A stretch of 64,000 bases of DNA. Source: a virus (taxonomy: Duplodnaviria > Caudoviricetes). Shown in pieces: positions 44,668-54,444 of the stretch. The stretch is taken from the IMG/VR virus record IMGVR_UViG_3300025915_000004, positions 10,597-74,596 of that record. One strand, written 5' to 3'. The notes beneath the pieces are model-generated. The model was not told the origin of the DNA. It saw nothing but the letters and a program-made list of their open reading frames with translations, and searched no databases. A program made the position numbers and the translations under genes. Position 1 is the stretch's first letter; each line of letters begins with the position of its first letter.

Positions 44668-45642
44668 CTACTGCGGGGCTTCGAGGAAGTGGCACTGGAG
44701 CGTGAGTGTGCTCCAGGTGTTGATGGAGATCGACCCCTGCACGTTGGCGATGTTCGCGATGCGGGCCTGCGGCTGCACGGTGACGGTCTGGCCTTGCAGC
44801 GAGGAGACATTGATGTTGTCGCCGAGGATGCCGGTCGCGTTGTAGCCGGTTGTCGTCGCGCCGGTGCCTGGGTCGCCCATGCCACCCGGCTGGCTGAGGA
44901 TCGACGATCCGATCTTCAGCTGGAGTGCGATGGACACTCCGTAGGTGACGCCGCCGACCGCCGTGGCCGCAACCATGAACACCACTCGCATCGTCACCGC
45001 CCATGAGGGGATGGCGACGGCGGGGAACGCGGGGCCCCAGTTGCGGTACACGGTCTTGCTGTCCGTCCCGACGACCATCGAGTCCGTGGACACTGGTGTC
45101 AGGACGTAGAGGTCGTTCTGGCGGATCGGGTTGGCCAGCGCTCGCAGATCGGTGATCATCGCGTTGGTGATCGCCGAGGTGCTGGCCGGGATGTCGATGC
45201 GGGCCAGGGGGATGCCGGTCGTTCCGGCGGGCACGGTCGTCGTGCTGCCCGACACGCCCGAGATGTTCCGTGAATAGATCAGGTTGTTCACGGCGGGGTT
45301 CCAGGTCCACGGGGATCCGCTGAACGTGGGGTCCTCTACGCGGGCGATGATCAGATCGGATCGGGGCGAGCCGCCGGTGGCGGACACCGACACGGTGTCG
45401 GTTCCATTGTTGAAGCCGTAGTAGCTGCCTTGCTGGCCGCCGGAGAGCTCCTGCCCGGCGATGACGCAGGACCCGCCGGCGATGTTGACCCCCGCACCGG
45501 GTGTGCCGAACGCCGTGACCTTCAGGTCGGTCGGAGCCATGATGCCGGACTTCTTCAGAGTGCCGGAGTACAGCTGCTGGCGCCAAACTGTCGCGTCAAG
45601 GGTGTTACCGTCGACAGCCCACAGGCCTTGGACCCACGTCAT
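44668..45642 (-). CDS. Minor tail protein
   Basis: P.DLKV.....PG..V....G, R.DLI.ARVEDP, IPLARI..PA....IT..MI.DLR.LA motif. Confidence 0.8.
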   Translation of the reverse strand: MTWVQGLWAVDGNTLDATVWRQQLYSGTLKKSGIMAPTDLKVTAFGTPGAGVNIAGGSCVIAGQELSGGQQGSYYGFNNGTDTVSVSATGGSPRSDLIIARVEDPTFSGSPWTWNPAVNNLIYSRNISGVSGSTTTVPAGTTGIPLARIDIPASTSAITNAMITDLRALANPIRQNDLYVLTPVSTDSMVVGTDSKTVYRNWGPAFPAVAIPSWAVTMRVVFMVAATAVGGVTYGVSIALQLKIGSSILSQPGGMGDPGTGATTTGYNATGILGDNINVSSLQGQTVTVQPQARIANIANVQGSISINTWSTLTLQCHFLEAPQ

Positions 45643-47060
45643 GCGACCGAGCCTCCGATCATCTTGAAAGCATTGCGCCAGGAGACCGTACAGCGCGAGT
45701 TCCCGGTCAGATCCTGCGCCGAGTAGGCGACCGGGACCACCAGTCCGGCGGGGATCATCAGCTGGTCCAGCGAACTGCCGCGCACGACTCCGGACAGGGA
45801 CGCGGCGACCGGCGTCGAGCCGTAGGGGTCGGCGCCGATCGAGCTGGTGATTCCGACGTAGCGGTTCCAGGGCACGGTGGAGATGACGGCCGTCTGGTTG
45901 GGCGCCAGTGTCGTCTGCAATGTCAGGGACGCGGATCTGCCCTGGTACTTGATCGAGGGGTTGACGCACGGCCCGGTGATGGTGATCACAGGCCAGGTGT
46001 CGGTGGTGCCGGCGTTCAGGATCGCGCTGGACTGGTACTGGCCCTGGGTGACGATGACGTCGTCCACGTAGAAGCTGACGGCGCCGGAAGCGCCGTAGCT
46101 GACGGAGAGGGACAGCCACGCCGCTCCGGCCGGGGCTGTCTGTGATCCGCCGGCCTGCGCTCCGGTGCCTGTGCTGCTTGTCGTCGCCGTCGCCGAGCCG
46201 AAGGTGACCGGCGAACCGATGGGCGCGAGGGCGCCATTGAGCCACTGGCCGGTCACCGTGGCGGTCCCGCTGCCCGAGCTGACGCGCACGTACAGACTGG
46301 CCTGGTACGACAGTCCGGCGAGCACGGAGAGGTTCACGTACTTGACGACCGCGTTTCCGGCTCCGGTGATTGCGGCTTTCATCGAGTAGGAGCCGGTCAG
46401 CGCCCAGTCCGTCGACTGGCCGAGGGAGGAGATCAGGTTCTGCGCCGTCCAGTTCCCGGTCCAGGGCAGCTCGAAGTCGGAGTCCGCCGCGGCCACCATG
46501 TTGTCGGCGGTCTGCACTGCGGCCAGCGCCACCGGCGGTGTGAGCGGCGGTGCGACGCCGCCTCCGGTGAACGCGAAGGCCGTGCCGACTGTGAAGGACT
46601 GGAGCACGTCGCCGTAGAACGCGTTGTCGGCGCAGTCGAACTCGGCGGTGAAGGGGATGTACCCCTGGGTGATCATTCCGAGGACGGGCGTGCAGTTGCG
46701 GCCACGGCCGTAGACACGGCGGGTGACCGTGCTGCCCGGATACTTCATCCGCAGCGTGCTGACCGCTCCGGGCGACCACCGTGCGGTCTTGTTCTCCCAG
46801 GCGGCTGCGAAGCTGTCGTAAGCAGCCATCTGCGCCGCTCCGGTGCCGCCCTGCTGGAACGCCTGGCCGGTGAAGGCGATGGCCATGCCGGGCAGCACGT
46901 CGAAGCCGAACCGCCGTCCGTCGTTGTTGACCAGTTGGATGTCCTGGTTCACGCCGGCGCCGGGCTGGATCTCGGTCTTGGCGATGGACACCGTCTGGCC
47001 GGCGCCGAAGACCAGGCCGTCGATCGAGTATTGGCCGGAGGAGAGGACGGGGTCGCTCAT
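45639..47060 (-). CDS. Distal tail (Dit)-like protein with CBM-like insertion
   Basis: Follows tape measure; RRVYGR.R, N.GT..TWP.I.I.GP..NP; DS.FE..W and FYVDDV CBM-type motifs. Confidence 0.8.
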   Translation of the reverse strand: MSDPVLSSGQYSIDGLVFGAGQTVSIAKTEIQPGAGVNQDIQLVNNDGRRFGFDVLPGMAIAFTGQAFQQGGTGAAQMAAYDSFAAAWENKTARWSPGAVSTLRMKYPGSTVTRRVYGRGRNCTPVLGMITQGYIPFTAEFDCADNAFYGDVLQSFTVGTAFAFTGGGVAPPLTPPVALAAVQTADNMVAAADSDFELPWTGNWTAQNLISSLGQSTDWALTGSYSMKAAITGAGNAVVKYVNLSVLAGLSYQASLYVRVSSGSGTATVTGQWLNGALAPIGSPVTFGSATATTSSTGTGAQAGGSQTAPAGAAWLSLSVSYGASGAVSFYVDDVIVTQGQYQSSAILNAGTTDTWPVITITGPCVNPSIKYQGRSASLTLQTTLAPNQTAVISTVPWNRYVGITSSIGADPYGSTPVAASLSGVVRGSSLDQLMIPAGLVVPVAYSAQDLTGNSRCTVSWRNAFKMIGGSVA

Positions 47061-50000
47061 GGGCCTGCCACCGCCGCTTGGAGCTCTAGAAGGCGCAGGG
47101 TGCGGGTCAGTTCGCGCAGTGCGTACGCGGTGTCCCCGGTGCCGTAGTAGGCCGTCTGGTAGGTGCCGATCAGCGGCCGGTCCTTGCCGAGCGCGTCGAT
47201 GAGCCTGGAGAGGTCGCTGCGCCGCCCGGTCAGGGATGCCAGCGGTGTGACGCTGACAGCCTCGGGGCCGCGCTCCCCGACTCCGATCATCGTCGGGTGG
47301 CTGAAGACGGCGTTCAGGCCGCTGCCGTACCACCCGTAGGCCAGCTCGTGTGCCCACGCTCCCGAGGGGCTGCCGTAGCGGCCGAGGATGTAGGAGACCA
47401 TCCACATGATCTGTGTGGCCGGATCCGCGGAGCCGCCCGCAGACGGCGGCCAGCCGGCCTTCGGGTACTTGGTGTAGGGCAGCGCCTGCGCGATGCCGTA
47501 CGCACCGGAGGACGGATTCATCGCGGTGTTGGACCAGCCGGACTCGCGTGTCGCGACGTTGTTCCAGTCGAGCCAGGGCTGTCCGACCGACCATGCCGGG
47601 TACAGCCGCTTGGCCAGGGCCGCGTTCGCACCCGTCGCGCCGCCGGCGTACGCGCCGCCGGTGCTGCCCTGAGTGCTGAACTGGCCGCCAAGCAGACCGC
47701 TGAAGAACTTCGACGCCCAGCTGACTGCGCTTCCGATCATCTTCTTCGGAATGCCGGTGAGCATCTGCGCCAGGTCGCCCGACGCGTTCGGGATGCCGAT
47801 CAGGTCGGTCAGGGCGCTGGTCAGGGCGCTGGTGTCGCCGGTGATCAGGGACCAGACCACCTTGCCCACGTCGGCGGCTCCGCCGGTGAGGGATCCGACC
47901 AGGCCGCCGTTGGCGTATCCGGGGATGCCGACCGCGGCGAACAGCGGCGCGAGTATGGCCGAGTGCGCGGCCGAGACGACGGTCTCGCCGCGGCTGGCGC
48001 GGATCAGGACGTCGTCGGACTTCGGTCCCGTACCGGTCAGGATCTTGCCGCCCGCGGCGAAGGTGCCGATGTTCGGCAGGTCGAGCTTGCCCAGGCCGAT
48101 GGCGTCCATCACGTCGTTCCAGAACCGGCGGATGCCGTTGTCGTACACGGTGCCGATCAGGAAGTTGACCGGGACTTTGAAGACGTCCTCGACTTTGTTC
48201 CACGCGGTCTTGATCGCATCGACGCCGGTGTCGAACCAGCTCGGCACGGTCTTGGTGATGAAGTCGGCGATCTTGGCTCCGAAGTCCTTCCAGATCCACT
48301 GGTAGAAGTCTGATGCAACCTGCTTGATATCGCCCCAGATCTGCGACCAGTGCTTGTACAGCTCGATAGCGCCGAGGGCGATCAGGCCGACCGGCCCGAG
48401 CAGCGGCAGCAGGAACTTGCCGAAGCCGTTCCAGATGAAGTCCCAGGCATCTTTCGCCCACTGCTTGATATCGCCCCAGATCCGCTGCCAGTGCTCGGCG
48501 AGGTAGCCGATCGCCAGCCCTATCAGGCCGATCGCGGTGGGGATGGGGTCGATGGCCAGCAGCAGCAGCCCGAGGACGGGCAGCAGCAGGTGCGTCGAGT
48601 TGAGCCAGTTGACCACGTTGACGATCAGCTTCGCGATCAACAGCAGCAAGGGGGTGAGCACATTGACGATCCCGACGATCGCGTCTCCCAGGCCGCGCGC
48701 CATCAGGTCCGCCAGATGCTCGATCGTCGGGGTGAGTGCTATCAGGACCTTGAGTAGCGGCGGCAGCAGAGCCATCACGAGCTGGGTCAGCGACGGCAGC
48801 AGGGTCAAGATCGCCTTAGTGAATATCTCTATTCCGGCGTTGATCAGAGCCTGGAAAATCTGAAGCAGCGGCGGTACGAACGGTGCGAGCTGCTTCACCA
48901 GCATATTGATAAAGGTGGCGAGGGGTCCGACGACGTTCTCCAGGGCGTCGCCGAGCACCTGGAAGACCCCCGCGTTCTCCAGCACGTTGAAGACGTCGCC
49001 GAGCACCTTGGAGAGCAGGGCGAAGGACGGTGCCAGGGCGCCGATCAGCTGGACGAGCGGCTGGAGGATGCCGACTAGGTCGGCCAGCACGGCGCCCGCC
49101 AGCTCGGCGAGGATCTTGCCGATGGGGATCAGCACGGGTTCGAGCTGCTTGAGCAGGCCCGCGAACAGCTGGAAGGCGGGAGCCAGGGATGTGGCCATGA
49201 TCCCTGCGAGCTGGCCGATGAGCGGCAGGAAGCCGAGCACAAGATCGAGAAGTGCCTTCAGCAGCACGGCCGCCGGCTTCATCACGGGGGCGAAGGCGGC
49301 GAACATCTTGCCCAGCTCGGTGCCGACGGTGCCGAGTACACCCTCCAGCGTGCTCAAGATCGGCTGGACGGCCTTGAACATGGCCAGCAGTCCGGGCAGC
49401 AGGTTCTTGAACAGCTGGCCGATGGAGGAGAGGAACGGCTCCATCAGCGGCGCCACGGCGCGGAAGGCCTGGCCGAGCCCTGGCAACACGTCCTTCGCCA
49501 GCTCGGTGATCCCCTTGACGAACGGTTGGATCAAGGTCGCGGCGCCGGCGAACAGCTGGGTCAGCGGCCCGGTCAGACTCTTCATCAGCGCCGGAACCTG
49601 GGAGAATACCTGCTCCAGCGGTTTGAGCAGCGGCTGCGCCGACTTCTGCAATCCGGCTTGCAGCGATCCGAGGGCCTTCTGCGCCGGATCGTAGAGCTGT
49701 CCTGGGCTGTCCTTCGTGCCGATCAGCTGCTTGGCGCCCAGGGCGACCACGCCCGCGCCGACGCCACCGAAGCCGAGCGCCGCCGTCGGGCCCAGCAGCG
49801 CGGGCAAGGCGCCGAGCGCCGAGGCACCGAGGCCGATCTGTGTCGCCCTCTTCGCGGAGAGGCCGAGGATGCCCGGCCCGGCTGCCGATCCCAGCTTGCC
49901 GAAGAAGCTCTTGAACCCCTCGGCGGTCGGCTTCAGCGCCGCTATGACGTCGTCCGCCTTTTTGTTGCTGCCCAGCATCTGAGAGAGCAGTCGGTACAGC

Positions 50001-50557
50001 AGGCTGTTGTTGCTGCTTCCGCCTCCGCCTGCACCGCCAGGACTGGTGAACTGCCCCTTGGCGTTCCTCGGCTGCCCTGAAGACCCGCCGCCGCCCGGAA
50101 CGGTGCCTCCCGGACCGACACCCCCAGGACCCGGCGCCGGGCCCGGAGCGGACACCGTGGGACGTTGCTGTGCGGATCCGGGTGCCGGACCGCCCGCCCC
50201 GCCTCCGGCGCTGGGCGTGTTGAACATCTTGCCGAGCAAGCCGCCCTGTGCGGCCTGCTGCGCGGACGGAGAGCCGGTCACGGGGTGCGGAGAGAACAGT
50301 GCGTTCAGAGAGCCCAGGACTGAGCCCTGCGGGCTGGTGCGCAGCCGCATGGCGGCGTCGCGGGAGATCTGCTGGTCCAGGTCCGCGAACATCTTGCGAG
50401 CGCGAGTCATCGACGCGGTGTCGAAGACGGCGGAGATCTTCACGACGTGCTTCTGCGACTCGAAGTCGCGCACCCGCTGCTCGGCCCGGTCCATGTCGCG
50501 GTCGAACTGATCGAGCCGGACGGTCAGGGTGGCTTCGATGGCTCCAGCATCGAACAT
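47057..50557 (-). CDS. Tape measure protein with C-terminal lytic transglycosylase (SLT-like) domain
   Basis: Long amphipathic helical repeats; GTGPKSD.V; RESGW...A.NPSSGAYGIAQALP; VGERGPE. Confidence 0.92.
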   Translation of the reverse strand: MFDAGAIEATLTVRLDQFDRDMDRAEQRVRDFESQKHVVKISAVFDTASMTRARKMFADLDQQISRDAAMRLRTSPQGSVLGSLNALFSPHPVTGSPSAQQAAQGGLLGKMFNTPSAGGGAGGPAPGSAQQRPTVSAPGPAPGPGGVGPGGTVPGGGGSSGQPRNAKGQFTSPGGAGGGGSSNNSLLYRLLSQMLGSNKKADDVIAALKPTAEGFKSFFGKLGSAAGPGILGLSAKRATQIGLGASALGALPALLGPTAALGFGGVGAGVVALGAKQLIGTKDSPGQLYDPAQKALGSLQAGLQKSAQPLLKPLEQVFSQVPALMKSLTGPLTQLFAGAATLIQPFVKGITELAKDVLPGLGQAFRAVAPLMEPFLSSIGQLFKNLLPGLLAMFKAVQPILSTLEGVLGTVGTELGKMFAAFAPVMKPAAVLLKALLDLVLGFLPLIGQLAGIMATSLAPAFQLFAGLLKQLEPVLIPIGKILAELAGAVLADLVGILQPLVQLIGALAPSFALLSKVLGDVFNVLENAGVFQVLGDALENVVGPLATFINMLVKQLAPFVPPLLQIFQALINAGIEIFTKAILTLLPSLTQLVMALLPPLLKVLIALTPTIEHLADLMARGLGDAIVGIVNVLTPLLLLIAKLIVNVVNWLNSTHLLLPVLGLLLLAIDPIPTAIGLIGLAIGYLAEHWQRIWGDIKQWAKDAWDFIWNGFGKFLLPLLGPVGLIALGAIELYKHWSQIWGDIKQVASDFYQWIWKDFGAKIADFITKTVPSWFDTGVDAIKTAWNKVEDVFKVPVNFLIGTVYDNGIRRFWNDVMDAIGLGKLDLPNIGTFAAGGKILTGTGPKSDDVLIRASRGETVVSAAHSAILAPLFAAVGIPGYANGGLVGSLTGGAADVGKVVWSLITGDTSALTSALTDLIGIPNASGDLAQMLTGIPKKMIGSAVSWASKFFSGLLGGQFSTQGSTGGAYAGGATGANAALAKRLYPAWSVGQPWLDWNNVATRESGWSNTAMNPSSGAYGIAQALPYTKYPKAGWPPSAGGSADPATQIMWMVSYILGRYGSPSGAWAHELAYGWYGSGLNAVFSHPTMIGVGERGPEAVSVTPLASLTGRRSDLSRLIDALGKDRPLIGTYQTAYYGTGDTAYALRELTRTLRLLELQAAVAGP

Positions 50558-50985
50558 CAGCCGCCGCCACCCTTCCGCGCGTTGCGCGCCGCCTCCAGAT
50601 CCTTACGCATGGCGTTGATGTCCAGCACATCCGCGCCGGTGTCCACGTTCTCCCGGACCGTGGGTCCGACCTGCCCCGACGACTCGCTGAGCGGTGCTGT
50701 GTCGACACTGAACGGGACTTCTTCGTCCTCGCTCAGCATCTCCAGGTACATCCGCTGGTAGTCCCAGCGCAGTGCGTTCCACTCGGCCGGCCCGATGTTT
50801 AGATACCGGCGGACGACATAGAGGATTACCCGGCGGCTGCGGATCGCAGAGGAGTCACTACCGCTACTCCACCGCCGGTCTCGGCTTCCGGGGAAACCAC
50901 CTCCTGCTGGAGCCACGCGAAGAACCGGACCCGGATCCGCATCGGCAGGTCGGAGATTTCTTCGGTCGAGGGTCGTCCCGAGCAC
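50557..50985 (-). CDS. Tail assembly chaperone C-terminal part (gpT-like; -1 frame relative to gpG-like gene)
   Basis: Overlaps the upstream chaperone in the -1 frame; protein-like segment ILYVVRRYLNIGPAEWNAL.W..QRMYL; true start or shift site unresolved. Confidence 0.6.
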   Translation of the reverse strand: MLGTTLDRRNLRPADADPGPVLRVAPAGGGFPGSRDRRWSSGSDSSAIRSRRVILYVVRRYLNIGPAEWNALRWDYQRMYLEMLSEDEEVPFSVDTAPLSESSGQVGPTVRENVDTGADVLDINAMRKDLEAARNARKGGGG

Positions 50986-51278
50986 AGCTTGGAGCAGGCT
51001 GCGGCCATGCCCCGGTACACGTTCAGAAGCTGCTCGGGGTCGTATCCGTCGAGCTGCTGGAAGAACTCCTGCGGGTTGGCCAGGTCCAGTCCGGCCACGT
51101 CCCCGACGATCGCCCCGGCCTCCTTCATCAAGTCGCGCAGATCGGCGATGAAGGAGGTGATCATCTCATCGGAGGGTTCTGCGATCGTCCCCTTGGCGCT
51201 CTTGTGCGGATAGCCCTTCACCGTGGTGAAGTCGTAGTCGAGGGGATCGACTACGGATCCGGCGTCGAATTTGGGCAT
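50826..51278 (-). CDS. Tail assembly chaperone (gpG-like)
   Basis: Position before tape measure; acidic helical protein. Confidence 0.75.
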   Translation of the reverse strand: MPKFDAGSVVDPLDYDFTTVKGYPHKSAKGTIAEPSDEMITSFIADLRDLMKEAGAIVGDVAGLDLANPQEFFQQLDGYDPEQLLNVYRGMAAACSKLCSGRPSTEEISDLPMRIRVRFFAWLQQEVVSPEAETGGGVAVVTPLRSAAAG

Positions 51279-51288
51279 CGTGCGGCTC

Positions 51289-51777
51289 CTACGGCTGGAC
51301 GGGGATCAACTGGTAGGCACGGACCGACAGGTTCGTGATCGTGGTGAATTCGACCACCACGCAGCCTTGTGCCGCCGCGGGAATCGATCCGCCGATCGTG
51401 CCCGTGTACGTCGCGCTCGGATTCTGGATGTTGTAGGTGGCCGGGCTCCACGGGCCGAGATACCCGTACGACGTGGCGCCGAGCGTCACCGTCTCGGTGC
51501 TGGCAGGCGGATAGAGTCCGGTGTTCCCGATGGCGTCTCCGACCAGCACGTTGGTGACCCCGGCACCTGCGGCGCCGCAGTAGTACCACAGGATCACCTG
51601 GCCGTTGTTCGGAACGTAGATGCTGTTGTTCGTGCTCCAGGCCGTGAAGGTGCCGCCCGGCGAGCCGGTGTCGTACCCGGCGGACGGTGCGGTGGGCAGG
51701 ATGCCGTTCAACGTCCCGCTCAAGGCGCCTAGCCCGCTGTTGAACGGGACTGCCTGAATTGCCACTCGTCCGGCCAT
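51289..51777 (-). CDS. Beta-rich virion protein
   Basis: MAGRVAIQAVP...; Gly/Thr-rich. Confidence 0.7.
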   Translation of the reverse strand: MAGRVAIQAVPFNSGLGALSGTLNGILPTAPSAGYDTGSPGGTFTAWSTNNSIYVPNNGQVILWYYCGAAGAGVTNVLVGDAIGNTGLYPPASTETVTLGATSYGYLGPWSPATYNIQNPSATYTGTIGGSIPAAAQGCVVVEFTTITNLSVRAYQLIPVQP

Positions 51778-52130
51778 TACGCGATCACCCTCCACCAGCG
51801 GACTTCGGTTTGTGTGCCGGGCGATGTGAGCCAATAGAAGTACTTGGCTTGTCCGCCGGACTCGCTCCACCCGTCCGGAACGAGATATGTCCCGGCGGAC
51901 GGCAACAGACTGTCGGTCTCTCCAGGCCAGAGAGTACTTCCTGATCCATCTTCCGGGGGAGTGTCCGACCAGTCGGTATTCGCGTATGGACCGGATGCGG
52001 TAACGCAGTAGGCGCCGAGGTCCATGACAGTGACGCCGTCCGTCTCGCCACCGGTGATCCATTCTCGCGCGGACACGACCCCGTTCGAGTCGGCGTTCTC
52101 GGCGTCGCTTCGCCACTGGACAGTCGTCAC
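51777..52130 (-). CDS. Hypothetical protein (Trp/acidic-rich)
   Basis: Stop/start overlaps; visibly more AT-rich codons than neighbours. Confidence 0.55.
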   Translation of the reverse strand: MTTVQWRSDAENADSNGVVSAREWITGGETDGVTVMDLGAYCVTASGPYANTDWSDTPPEDGSGSTLWPGETDSLLPSAGTYLVPDGWSESGGQAKYFYWLTSPGTQTEVRWWRVIA

Positions 52131-52131
52131 G

Positions 52132-52542
52132 TCACACTCCCGCGATCATGATGTAGTCCGCTGTGAATTCGAACCGGCGGTCTTCCGGGTCCAGTGGCAG
52201 CGGTTGGGGTCTTGCCGACATTCGGTGCACGTGCTGGATCTGCACACCGTCGATGTTGACCGGGAAGGGTGCGCCGAGGATCAGTGCGTCGAGCTGCTGA
52301 GCGGCTTCCTCGGCGGCCAGGGGGTTGTTGGAGGGGCCGCGGACTCGCGCCTGGAAGCTCCAGCCGTCGGTGGCCGGCTCCTCGGTGGTGTATCCCGGAC
52401 CTCCGGTCCCGGTGATGTGTACGATCTTGTCCGGTTCGGACACGATCTCCGGCCCGGCGCGCAGCGGGTATCCCGCCTCTTGCCGGGTGTCCCAACCCAG
52501 GGAGGTGATCCAGTCCATGATGACCTGAGTCTGCGCGGTCAC
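52132..52542 (-). CDS. Tail terminator / tail-completion protein
   Basis: I..T.TGGPG, FQ.RVRG....P..AE..A..LD.L, LD..DRR.EF...Y patterns. Confidence 0.78.
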   Translation of the reverse strand: MTAQTQVIMDWITSLGWDTRQEAGYPLRAGPEIVSEPDKIVHITGTGGPGYTTEEPATDGWSFQARVRGPSNNPLAAEEAAQQLDALILGAPFPVNIDGVQIQHVHRMSARPQPLPLDPEDRRFEFTADYIMIAGV

Positions 52543-53069
52543 AGCCGCCCTCGCAGTGCGTGCGGCTCGTTCTTGCCGGGGATGCGGACGACCTTGCCGC
52601 GGCGCATGAAGTAGACCGTCAGACCCGCCGCCAGCCGGGCGCGCAGGATGGCGCGGCTCTTGATCCGCAGTTCTTCCTTGGTCAGCCGGTGCACCTTCGG
52701 CGACCGGTCGTAGATCTCGTGTTCTCCCAGGTGCACCTGCGGATGGCCGGACTTGAGCAGGTCGCCCCACTCGCGTGGCGCTGTGATCTCTACCTGGCCT
52801 GACAGGTGCTCGACCGAACGGCGCATCGCGGCGTGGCCGCCGTCGCGCAGCACGCTGCGCGCGTAGTCGTCCAGGTAATCGCGATAGTTGGCCATCAGCG
52901 GCCTTTGAAGGAACTTCGCCATGCCGCCGCGCGGGTGGTGCAGCTCCAGATGCTCGTGCTGGAAATGGGCGTACACCTGGTCCACGACAACGGTTCCGCG
53001 CAAGTGTCCCTCGCGGCTGCCGGTCATCTCCCGCAGCTGTGCGATCCGCTCGGCGAATGCGGCGGCCAT
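52539..53069 (-). CDS. Neck protein (HK97 gp10-like)
   Basis: YA..QHE.L...HP.GG.AKFL..P and AP...GDL..S motifs. Confidence 0.75.
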   Translation of the reverse strand: MAAAFAERIAQLREMTGSREGHLRGTVVVDQVYAHFQHEHLELHHPRGGMAKFLQRPLMANYRDYLDDYARSVLRDGGHAAMRRSVEHLSGQVEITAPREWGDLLKSGHPQVHLGEHEIYDRSPKVHRLTKEELRIKSRAILRARLAAGLTVYFMRRGKVVRIPGKNEPHALRGRL

Positions 53070-53614
53070 CACTGGTACCAGGCGCTTCCGCCGCCGAACT
53101 GCTCGGCGATGTCGGCCAGGCCCGGCCGCCACATGTCCGAGGGGACGTCCGCCTGCAACGCGCCGGTCATCGGGTTGGTCGCGGTGTTCGAGTCGTCCGG
53201 CGTGAAGACCGGCGGCAGCGGGTTGACGACGTGGCCGGTTTCCTGGCCGACGCCTCCGGGCGCGACGACGTCCAGGCGCAGCTTGCCGTCGCGCACGGCG
53301 TTGAGCAGGGCCTGTGCGTCGTTGTAGCGCAGCCGGACCGGATCGTCCGCCGCCATGGCCTTGCTCTTGCGGTAGGTGACGGTCGCCCAGAACGCCGCCA
53401 GGTCGAGCGTGAGGTCGTGGAAGATGTCCGGCGGAGTGGCCTGCGGGGTGGAGCTGTCGTAGACGCTGCCCGCGTAGACGCTGACCCGGTTGGACGCGGC
53501 CTGGAGTGCGAGGGTGAGCTGCTCATCACTCAGTTGCGCCGCGGTCCCGGTGCCGGCGTCGGTTCCGTCCATGATCAGACGCAGGTCGGAGACCGTGGCG
53601 TACAGGGTGGTCAC
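53069..53614 (-). CDS. Head-tail adaptor (Mu gp36-like)
   Basis: YAT..DL, L..AS.....Y....Y, DLA.FW, V..RY.DA...L..V.DGK..L. Confidence 0.8.
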   Translation of the reverse strand: MTTLYATVSDLRLIMDGTDAGTGTAAQLSDEQLTLALQAASNRVSVYAGSVYDSSTPQATPPDIFHDLTLDLAAFWATVTYRKSKAMAADDPVRLRYNDAQALLNAVRDGKLRLDVVAPGGVGQETGHVVNPLPPVFTPDDSNTATNPMTGALQADVPSDMWRPGLADIAEQFGGGSAWYQ

Positions 53615-53784
53615 GTCACACCGATATCGAAGACGAAGTGCCCGATGTGGAAGGAGAGGTGACCGCCGCCAGCCTGGTGGATGATCCACGCGATGAGGAT
53701 GAGCACCAGGAGCACGACCAGCACCCAGAACAGCACCCAGACGATGCCGGGGACCGTGAAGCTGCCGATCGTGCGCGGTGCCAT
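53611..53784 (-). CDS. Small single-TM membrane protein (57 aa; below the ORF-track cutoff)
   Basis: TGATG and GTGA overlaps; IVWVLFWVLVVLLVLILIAWII followed by His-rich tail. Confidence 0.6.
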   Translation of the reverse strand: MAPRTIGSFTVPGIVWVLFWVLVVLLVLILIAWIIHQAGGGHLSFHIGHFVFDIGVT

Positions 53785-54203
53785 CAGTTGCTCACCCCTA
53801 CGGCGAGACCGGTTGCGGAGCTCGTTCCGTTCCAGAAGCCGGAGCCGCCGCCCATCGACCGCGACGCGTTGCCGACCGGCAGCTGCTGGAGCAGGTTGTT
53901 CGGCGACGCCTGCGCGGTGATCCCGTTCGGCGACGCGTACACCGACGGATACGCGTAGGGCTCATAGGCGGCCAGCCAGGTCCAGGCCAGCGTGCCGCCG
54001 CCGTAGGTCATCGAGATCGAGCCGCCGGGCGGGACCAGGAACGTGCCGTTCGCAGTGCCGAAGTCCACCGAGTTGCCCGCCTGGTCGTAGACGAAGACGT
54101 GGGTGATGCTCGTGGCGCCGGACGTGGTGATCCACACGTACTGGCCGGTGGTGTTGGGGACCTTGACGGTCGAGGCCGGTGCGGTCGGGGATGGGACCGA
54201 CAT
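53784..54203 (-). CDS. Decoration-like beta-sandwich protein (paralog of the 55687-56346 middle domain)
   Basis: GTANGTFLVPPGGSISMTY...WTWL vs GTTNAAYAVPAGGTISVTY...WTWL. Confidence 0.7.
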   Translation of the reverse strand: MSVPSPTAPASTVKVPNTTGQYVWITTSGATSITHVFVYDQAGNSVDFGTANGTFLVPPGGSISMTYGGGTLAWTWLAAYEPYAYPSVYASPNGITAQASPNNLLQQLPVGNASRSMGGGSGFWNGTSSATGLAVGVSN

Positions 54204-54204
54204 G

Positions 54205-54432
54205 TCAGCTCCCTATGTCCTGGATGTCGCCGAGGTACGCGCCGCCCGTCGCGATGGACGTCGATGTCGGTCCGGTGGCCGGGCCGACGGCGGCCAGGTT
54301 GCCCGCGCCGATCGCGGTCTCCAGCGCAGACCCCGCAGGAACGTCGATGAGCGTTCCCATCGCGATCGTCTGGCTGACGCCGTCGTAGATGAACGTCGTG
54401 TCGGCTTTGACGATGCGCAGGTTGGCGGCCAT
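54205..54432 (-). CDS. Small virion protein (AIGAGNL family)
   Basis: Shared TAIGAGNL motif. Confidence 0.65.
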   Translation of the reverse strand: MAANLRIVKADTTFIYDGVSQTIAMGTLIDVPAGSALETAIGAGNLAAVGPATGPTSTSIATGGAYLGDIQDIGS

Positions 54433-54444
54433 GCTGCTGTCTCC

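Noticed and set aside
43371-44885. N-terminal 505 aa of the 1608-aa ORF in the track
   Set aside because: Overlaps the Tal gene in another frame and is Arg/Pro-rich. The real start is the ATG at 43370. Similar spurious extensions were trimmed from many ORFs.
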